Of a DNA stretch of 36,595 nt, positions 31,831-36,595 are shown in pieces. Source of the DNA: an uncultured Solibacteraceae bacterium (lineage in GTDB: Bacteria > Acidobacteriota > Terriglobia > Bryobacterales > Bryobacteraceae); contig CAZIRH010000001.1 in assembly GCA_964541065.1 (NCBI GenBank), forward strand, positions 1-36,595, in the 5' to 3' direction. The notes beneath the pieces were generated by a model. That model worked only from the letters and a program-made list of their open reading frames with translations, was not told where the DNA came from and ran no database searches. The position numbers and the translations under genes are program-made. How positions within the stretch are numbered: the stretch's first letter is position 1; every line of letters starts with the position of its first letter.

Positions 31831-32799
31831 CTACCGGAAGCTCCACAGCAGCTCGATGTTGATGCCGCCGAGCGTGTCCGTGTCGATGTAGGCGAAGCGG
31901 CCCGAGCCTTTCTTGCCTTCCTCCCCCCAGGCGCCGGACTGCGAGACCGCATAGCCCAGCTTGGCCCAGGCCGCGACCGCTTTGTCGATGTCTTCCACCG
32001 GCACACCGAAGTGCTGGAAGCCCTCGCCGTGGGCCTTCAGGAAGTCGTCGTAGACGGTCGGCCCTTTGAGCGGCAGGATCCACTCGTAGGGCACCTTGCC
32101 GTGGCGCTGCCAGCCCAGGATGTGATCGAACTCGCCTGGCTGGCCCCGGTACTGCCGGTTGCGGCCCAGCGAATGCGTGTAGGTCATCGGGGGGAAGCCC
32201 AGCTTCTCCCAGTAGGCCGAGACCGCTTTCTGGTCGCGTACCACGAAGGCGAACTGGGAGACCTTTCCGCCCGCGGGCGTAGTATCGCCCTCCATTTCCA
32301 CAGGCGCGTAGTAGATCCCCAGCACGTATTTCCCCTGCGGCTCAGTGTCCAGGTAGGCGTAGTGGACCGCCCCGTCTCTCAGTGTGCCGCGTTGCAGCAC
32401 GCCCACGCCCAGCCCGCGCAGCCGCTCCAGTTCCCCCTGGAAGGCCTCCAGCGTTGGCGTGCGGTGCATGACGGTGAAGACGCCGTCGCCGTGTGTCTTC
32501 AGGAACTCGGTTAAGGCGTTCTCCCCGCCCAGGGGCTGAAGAAAGTGCACCGGCACATCCCCGATGACCCCGGAGGCCAGACGCAGCCGCACCGTGACCG
32601 GCTTGCCCCGGTATTGCACGTCCGGCAGATCGAACTCGACGACTGGCCCGATCCGCGCCAGCCCGGTCTTGCTCCAGCCCTCGGCGACGCGGTCCAGATT
32701 GCGCACCACCCACTGCACCCGCGTTACCGTCTTGTAGAAGTCAGGCAGTTGAGCCGCCGCGCTCCAGGCCGCGGCCAGCAACAGGCAGATTGTTCGCAT
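31831..32799 (-). CDS. Secreted two-domain VOC (glyoxalase/bleomycin-resistance/dioxygenase) superfamily protein
   Basis: The signal peptide is MRTICLLLAAAWSAAA|Q. Four beta-alpha-beta-beta-beta-like modules are visible (VQWVVRNLDRVAEGWSKTGL, FTVMHRTPTLEAFQGELERLRGLG, SQFAFVVRDQKAVSAYWEKLGF, FQHFGVPVEDIDKAVAAWAKLGY). Confidence 0.7.
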   Translation of the reverse strand: MRTICLLLAAAWSAAAQLPDFYKTVTRVQWVVRNLDRVAEGWSKTGLARIGPVVEFDLPDVQYRGKPVTVRLRLASGVIGDVPVHFLQPLGGENALTEFLKTHGDGVFTVMHRTPTLEAFQGELERLRGLGVGVLQRGTLRDGAVHYAYLDTEPQGKYVLGIYYAPVEMEGDTTPAGGKVSQFAFVVRDQKAVSAYWEKLGFPPMTYTHSLGRNRQYRGQPGEFDHILGWQRHGKVPYEWILPLKGPTVYDDFLKAHGEGFQHFGVPVEDIDKAVAAWAKLGYAVSQSGAWGEEGKKGSGRFAYIDTDTLGGINIELLWSFR

Positions 32800-32846
32800 C
32801 CTCCCAGTCTAGCCTGACCACAAACCTCGGTTCCTGCGGCGTGGGC

Positions 32847-33689
32847 TCAGGTGGTGGGTCCTAGCGATTGATAGAAGCTCCGCAGCCGTTCGCGGTAGGC
32901 CGCTCCGGCCGCCGGGACGATGTCGTTGTGACCTGCGCCAGGGACCGCCCAGAAGGTCTTCGGCTCGCGGGCACGCTCGAACAGGGCGCGGCCCAAATCG
33001 AAGGGGATCACCTCATCGCGGTCGCCGTGCATGATGAGCAGCGGCGCGCGCACCCGTTCGATCTTCTCCTTCGAGTTGTAGCTCCAGATCAGCAGCGGCC
33101 CCAGAACGGGGAGCACGCGAGCGGCGACGTCGCGCGCCGAGGTGAAGGGCGCTTCCAGCACCACGCCGCCGCAAGGGCGCCGCGCGGCCAGGTCCACCGC
33201 CACCGCCGAGCCCAGCGACTCGCCGTGCAGCACGATCTGCTCGGGCCGGTACCCGGTGGTCAGCAGGTGCTGGTAAGCCGCCTCGGCGTCGGCGTATAGG
33301 CCCTTCTCGCTCGGCCGGCCTTCGCTGCGGCCGTAGCCGCGGTAGTCCAGCACCAACAGGGCCGAGCCAGCCGCGGTGATCTCCTGGATGTGTCCAGCAC
33401 GGTGCGTGACGTTGCCGGCGTTGCCGTGCAGGAAAAGTGTCGCCAGGCGCGCCTCGCGAGGTGCAAACCACCAGGCGTTGAGTCGCACGCCGTCGCTCGC
33501 ACGCAGCCAGACGTCGGCGGCGCCCAGTTGCGATTGCGCTTCCCAGAATCCCTGCGGATACTTGAACGGGAAGTAGACCGAGCGCTGCACGAAGAAATAC
33601 AGCACGCCGTAGCTGAAGGCTCCCAGCAGGGGCCAGCCGATCAATTTGGGCACGCGCGGCACCTTGGTAGCGCCTTCAAGCGTACCCAA
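32847..33689 (-). CDS. Alpha/beta-fold hydrolase with an N-terminal membrane anchor
   Basis: Nucleophile elbow is HGESLGS. The acid and His contexts are HGDRDEVIP and PGAGHND. The N-terminal hydrophobic helix is LIGWPLLGAFSYGVLYFFV. The start is uncertain: the track uses TTG 33689, which overlaps the upstream gene by 49 nt. Alternatives are GTG 33662, GTG 33653, or TTG 33644 (TTGA overlap with the stop at 33641-33643). Confidence 0.75.
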   Translation of the reverse strand: MGTLEGATKVPRVPKLIGWPLLGAFSYGVLYFFVQRSVYFPFKYPQGFWEAQSQLGAADVWLRASDGVRLNAWWFAPREARLATLFLHGNAGNVTHRAGHIQEITAAGSALLVLDYRGYGRSEGRPSEKGLYADAEAAYQHLLTTGYRPEQIVLHGESLGSAVAVDLAARRPCGGVVLEAPFTSARDVAARVLPVLGPLLIWSYNSKEKIERVRAPLLIMHGDRDEVIPFDLGRALFERAREPKTFWAVPGAGHNDIVPAAGAAYRERLRSFYQSLGPTT

Positions 33690-35326
33690 TCCTGCGCCGG
33701 CACGGTGTGCTCCGAGTAGACGGCCACCCGCCCCGAGACGGAAGCCGCTGCCGCGACCGTCAGCGCCAGCTCTGTTCCGGTGGCCGTGGCCGAGGGCAGC
33801 GCCGTGCGCGCGATGTCGCGGTCAGCGACCACGTTAACGTCGAACATCAGCCGCCTCGGATCGCGCACCAGCTTGCGGTAGGTGCGGGCGAAGCGCCGGT
33901 AGCGATCCGGCGGGCCGGCCCACTCATGTGCCGGATCTTCCACCTGAAGCGTAAAGGGGTATCGTTTCGCGAGCGCGGCGATGCGCCGCGCGTCCACGCC
34001 CAGCGCCGGGCGGACGTAGTCGCCGTGCAGGCTGTCCAGCACCGTGACGATGACCTCGAAGCCGGGGGCGCGTCGCACGCGGTCGAGTTCCCCGAGCACG
34101 CGGCGGTGCCAGCCCAGCACGATCTCCTCGCGGTACCGCAGGAATCTTTTGAGCGCGCCCGGATTGCGCTGGTGGTGATACGCCGAGCCAGGGTCGAAGA
34201 GCGCACTCGGGTCGAAGCCCGCGCGCTGGCGGAACGCCCGCCGCACCTCGTCGTTCATGGGCACGAAGCGGTCGGCCCGCAGGTAGTCGTTGAAGTCCGC
34301 GTCGAAGTTCAGTTCGGTGATGTTGACCCCGTCCCACGGATGGGCCTCCAGCACGGCCTGCATCCATTCCATGGCCGCGCGGAAGCAGGCCGGATTCTCG
34401 AAGTTCATCGCGTAGCGCCAGCCGACGCGGGCGTCGGCCCCGGTGGCGGTGCGCTCGCGCCACTCCGGGTGCTGGTCCCAGAACGTGCGGGTGAGGGCGG
34501 GAAAGGCGAACCAGGCGTAGACGCGCAGGCCGTGGCGGTGGCAGGCCCGAATCAGGCCGCCGAAGGGAAACGGCTCCTGCCAGGCCGCGGCGTACACGAC
34601 GCTTATGCCCCGCTCGCGCCAGGCGGCGGCCAGTGCTTCCGGATCCGCGCCTGTACGGAACGCCGGATCGAAGTACGCCTCCACCTGGATGCCCCGCGAT
34701 GGCGCGCCCGCGCCGAACGCCTCGCTCAGGTAGCGCGGCAGATGCGGATAGTGGCTCGTGCCGTAGGGCGTGTGCGGATCCAGGGCGGCGGCCAGATAGA
34801 GGTAGCGCCCGGCGCCGTGCCTCCCCTCCACGGCCAGCGCCTGGCTGCTTTCGGCGTCTGTCATCAGCGTGCGCGCGCCCTGGGGCGGCGTGAACGCTTC
34901 CACCGGGTCGCGCCCCTGCCAGTGGAGTTTCGGCTCCACATTGAGCGCGTCCGCCACCGGTCCCACCGAAAGCGTGCGGCCCAGCCAGCGGAAGCCCGGG
35001 GCTTCAAGCCACGGCTGCCGGCCGTCAGCTACCAACGAGCCCCCGGAAGTGAGGTGGCGCAGAACCTCTTGCTGCTGCGCCGGACTGAGGCGCGCGCCCG
35101 CCCCGCCCGGCACCACCAGCACGGCGCCCGGCTCCGAGGGCGCGCGCCGGAACGCGGCGGCCTTGAGGGTACGAGTCTCGTATCCCAGCAGCTCGAACAC
35201 TGCGCGGTAGCTCTGCTGGTTGTTGGCCTCGGGGGCGCCCGGCCGCTCCAGCCACAGGATCACGGCTTGCCGCGGACCGCCGGCGGCACACATAGCCACG
35301 GCTGCCAGCAGCGCTACCTGCCGCAT
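33641..35326 (-). CDS. Exported protein of unknown function with a putative glycoside-hydrolase-like (GHL10/YngK-type) TIM barrel and an N-terminal flavodoxin/GATase1-like module
   Basis: ATG 35326 shares one base with the sulfatase stop (TGATG) and gives MRQVALLAAVAMCAAG (signal). The central segment GISVVYAAAWQEPF...CHRHGLRVYAWFAFPALTRTFWDQHPEWRE...GWRYAMNFENP...WDGVNITELNFD resembles GHL10-type barrels. This rests on pattern memory only. Confidence 0.55.
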   Translation of the reverse strand: MRQVALLAAVAMCAAGGPRQAVILWLERPGAPEANNQQSYRAVFELLGYETRTLKAAAFRRAPSEPGAVLVVPGGAGARLSPAQQQEVLRHLTSGGSLVADGRQPWLEAPGFRWLGRTLSVGPVADALNVEPKLHWQGRDPVEAFTPPQGARTLMTDAESSQALAVEGRHGAGRYLYLAAALDPHTPYGTSHYPHLPRYLSEAFGAGAPSRGIQVEAYFDPAFRTGADPEALAAAWRERGISVVYAAAWQEPFPFGGLIRACHRHGLRVYAWFAFPALTRTFWDQHPEWRERTATGADARVGWRYAMNFENPACFRAAMEWMQAVLEAHPWDGVNITELNFDADFNDYLRADRFVPMNDEVRRAFRQRAGFDPSALFDPGSAYHHQRNPGALKRFLRYREEIVLGWHRRVLGELDRVRRAPGFEVIVTVLDSLHGDYVRPALGVDARRIAALAKRYPFTLQVEDPAHEWAGPPDRYRRFARTYRKLVRDPRRLMFDVNVVADRDIARTALPSATATGTELALTVAAAASVSGRVAVYSEHTVPAQDWVRLKALPRCRACPN

Positions 35327-36595
35327 CACGATTTTGCCAGCGGATGACAACTGCATCCCGGGTAGTGAGGCGAGTACAGATAACGCTCGGGCCGCAGCGC
35401 GAGCCTTCCGTTCTTGACGAAGGCCTCGCCGCGCTCGGCCAAATGCTCGACCAGCCTGCCGCGCCAGAGGCGCAGTTCCGCTTCGCGCGCCGCCTCCGAG
35501 GCCAGGTCGCTGAGTTCCGCCGGGTCGCGTGTCAGATCGAAGAGCTGTTCCGCGCCGTCGCGCGCGTGGAAGATGTACTTCCTCCTTCCGTCCGTCAGCG
35601 CATTCCAGTGGTTCTCGACGCTGTAGCAGACGTCGTGCTCGAGATCAATGAACTCGCGCCACCGCTCCCCGCGGAGCACCGCCAGCAGGCTTCGGCCGTC
35701 GACGGGCGTCCGCGGCGGCGCCCCGGCGGCTTCGAGCAATGTCGGCAGGATGTCGCGCAACTCGACGGGCTGCGCCAGCGACTGGCCGCGCCCGGCCGCC
35801 ACCAAACCGCTGGGCCAGCGCATGAGCATGGGGATCCGCGCGGAGGCCTGGTAGGGGTACGACTTCCGCCACAAGTGGTGATCGCCGGTCATGTCGCCGT
35901 GATCGGAGGTGAACACAATCAGCGTGCGATCGAGCCAGCCGCGCTTTTCCAGGGTGACCAGAATGCGCCCGATCTGCTCGTCCACGAAGGTCACCGAACC
36001 GTAGTAGCCCTGGCGCGAGCGACGCACCTGCTCGGCGCCCATATCCCCGTGCCAGATGTTGTTGCTCGCATCGCTGCGCGGGGCATAGCGCCCGGCCCAA
36101 GCGCCCACCTGGGCCGCGGGCAGATCGGCGTCCGCATAGCGGCGCATCAGGCGTTCCGGCGGATCGTAAGGGCTGTGCGGCCGCGCGAACGACACCTTCA
36201 GGAAGAACGGCTCCGGGCGGACGTAGTCTGCGATGAACCGCACGGCCGTGTCGCCCGTCCAGCGCGTGGGATGCAGCCGCTCGGGCAGCGCGTAGGCCTT
36301 GGACCGGTAGTCGTTCCATCCGATTTCGGTGGCGTCCGGGTCCAGCCCCGGGGCCTCCGACCAGAACCACGCGCGGTAGTCGCTGCGGAACTCGGGCGAT
36401 TCCGCGCGTCCGGACTCGTCCAGCAGAAGCTGGTGGAACCCGTGCGCGTTGCGCTGTGGATGGTAGTGCATCTTGCCGATGCCCAGGGTGTAGTAGCCGG
36501 CCTCGCGCAACGCCCGCGGCAGTTCGAGCGGATACTTCTCTGCCACGCGGCCGTACCCCAGCATGCCGTGCCGCCAGGGCGCCAGGCCCGTCAAC
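35326..36595 (-). CDS. Sulfatase-family (arylsulfatase A-like) enzyme; the N-terminus with the catalytic Cys/Ser-x-Pro-x-Arg motif lies beyond the right window edge
   Basis: The frame is open to the window edge, so the track's M at 36594 is an artefact. Sulfatase-typical segments are ...LTGLAPWRHGMLGYG, GYYTLGIGKMHY, FFLKVSFARPHSPYDPP, YYGSVTFVDEQIGRIL and LIVFTSDHGDMTGDHHLWRK. Confidence 0.88.
   Translation of the reverse strand, partial: LTGLAPWRHGMLGYGRVAEKYPLELPRALREAGYYTLGIGKMHYHPQRNAHGFHQLLLDESGRAESPEFRSDYRAWFWSEAPGLDPDATEIGWNDYRSKAYALPERLHPTRWTGDTAVRFIADYVRPEPFFLKVSFARPHSPYDPPERLMRRYADADLPAAQVGAWAGRYAPRSDASNNIWHGDMGAEQVRRSRQGYYGSVTFVDEQIGRILVTLEKRGWLDRTLIVFTSDHGDMTGDHHLWRKSYPYQASARIPMLMRWPSGLVAAGRGQSLAQPVELRDILPTLLEAAGAPPRTPVDGRSLLAVLRGERWREFIDLEHDVCYSVENHWNALTDGRRKYIFHARDGAEQLFDLTRDPAELSDLASEAAREAELRLWRGRLVEHLAERGEAFVKNGRLALRPERYLYSPHYPGCSCHPLAKS

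Noticed and set aside
1-36595. Search by eye for CRISPR repeats, tRNA/rRNA genes, IS elements, integrases, toxin-antitoxin pairs or phage-defence-type genes
   Set aside because: I saw no regularly spaced direct repeats, no tRNA-like T-arm or acceptor patterns in the short intergenic regions, and no transposase, integrase, nuclease or reverse-transcriptase-like ORFs. All sizeable ORFs are explained by metabolic, transport or regulatory families.

Overview
High-GC bacterial chromosomal segment. GC3 bias is strong enough to produce many long antisense shadow ORFs in the six-frame track. The protein families (CarboxypepD_reg-type TonB-dependent receptors, a PEP-CTERM protein, many exported glycan-active enzymes) suggest Acidobacteriota; this is inference only. 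I call 25 protein-coding genes, two of them cut by the window edges. The left-edge one is absent from the supplied ORF track. I found no rRNA, tRNA, CRISPR array, transposase, integrase or phage genes.

Layout:
- 1-1592 (-): start of a TonB receptor gene.
- 1863-12004 (-): six-gene, tightly coupled, all-exported glycan-utilisation-like operon (TonB receptor, TAT Gfo/Idh/MocA oxidoreductase, GH51, two paralogous beta-propellers, secreted creatininase-fold amidohydrolase).
- 12123-13990 (-): S8 peptidase plus CBM9-like protein.
- 14183-18898 (+): DUF364, TonB-dependent transporter, and a polytopic membrane protein fused to a P-loop NTPase. This is the most unusual module.
- 18914-21965 (-): GH28-like beta-helix enzyme plus a membrane-anchored winged-helix/TPR regulator.
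- 22255-30011: copper-type cluster (PEP-CTERM protein, TAT multicopper oxidase, small Cys/His/Met secreted protein, CusBA without CusC).
- 30140-32799: TAT xylose-isomerase-fold protein, an orphan membrane-anchored protein and a secreted VOC protein.
- 32847-36595 (-): sulfatase, GHL10-like TIM barrel and alpha/beta hydrolase operon.

A roughly 47-nt element is conserved upstream of two minus-strand operons, at the same distance from each start codon. Many track ORFs carry spurious N-terminal extensions. I re-set starts using signal/TAT peptides, SD sequences and 4-nt start/stop overlaps.
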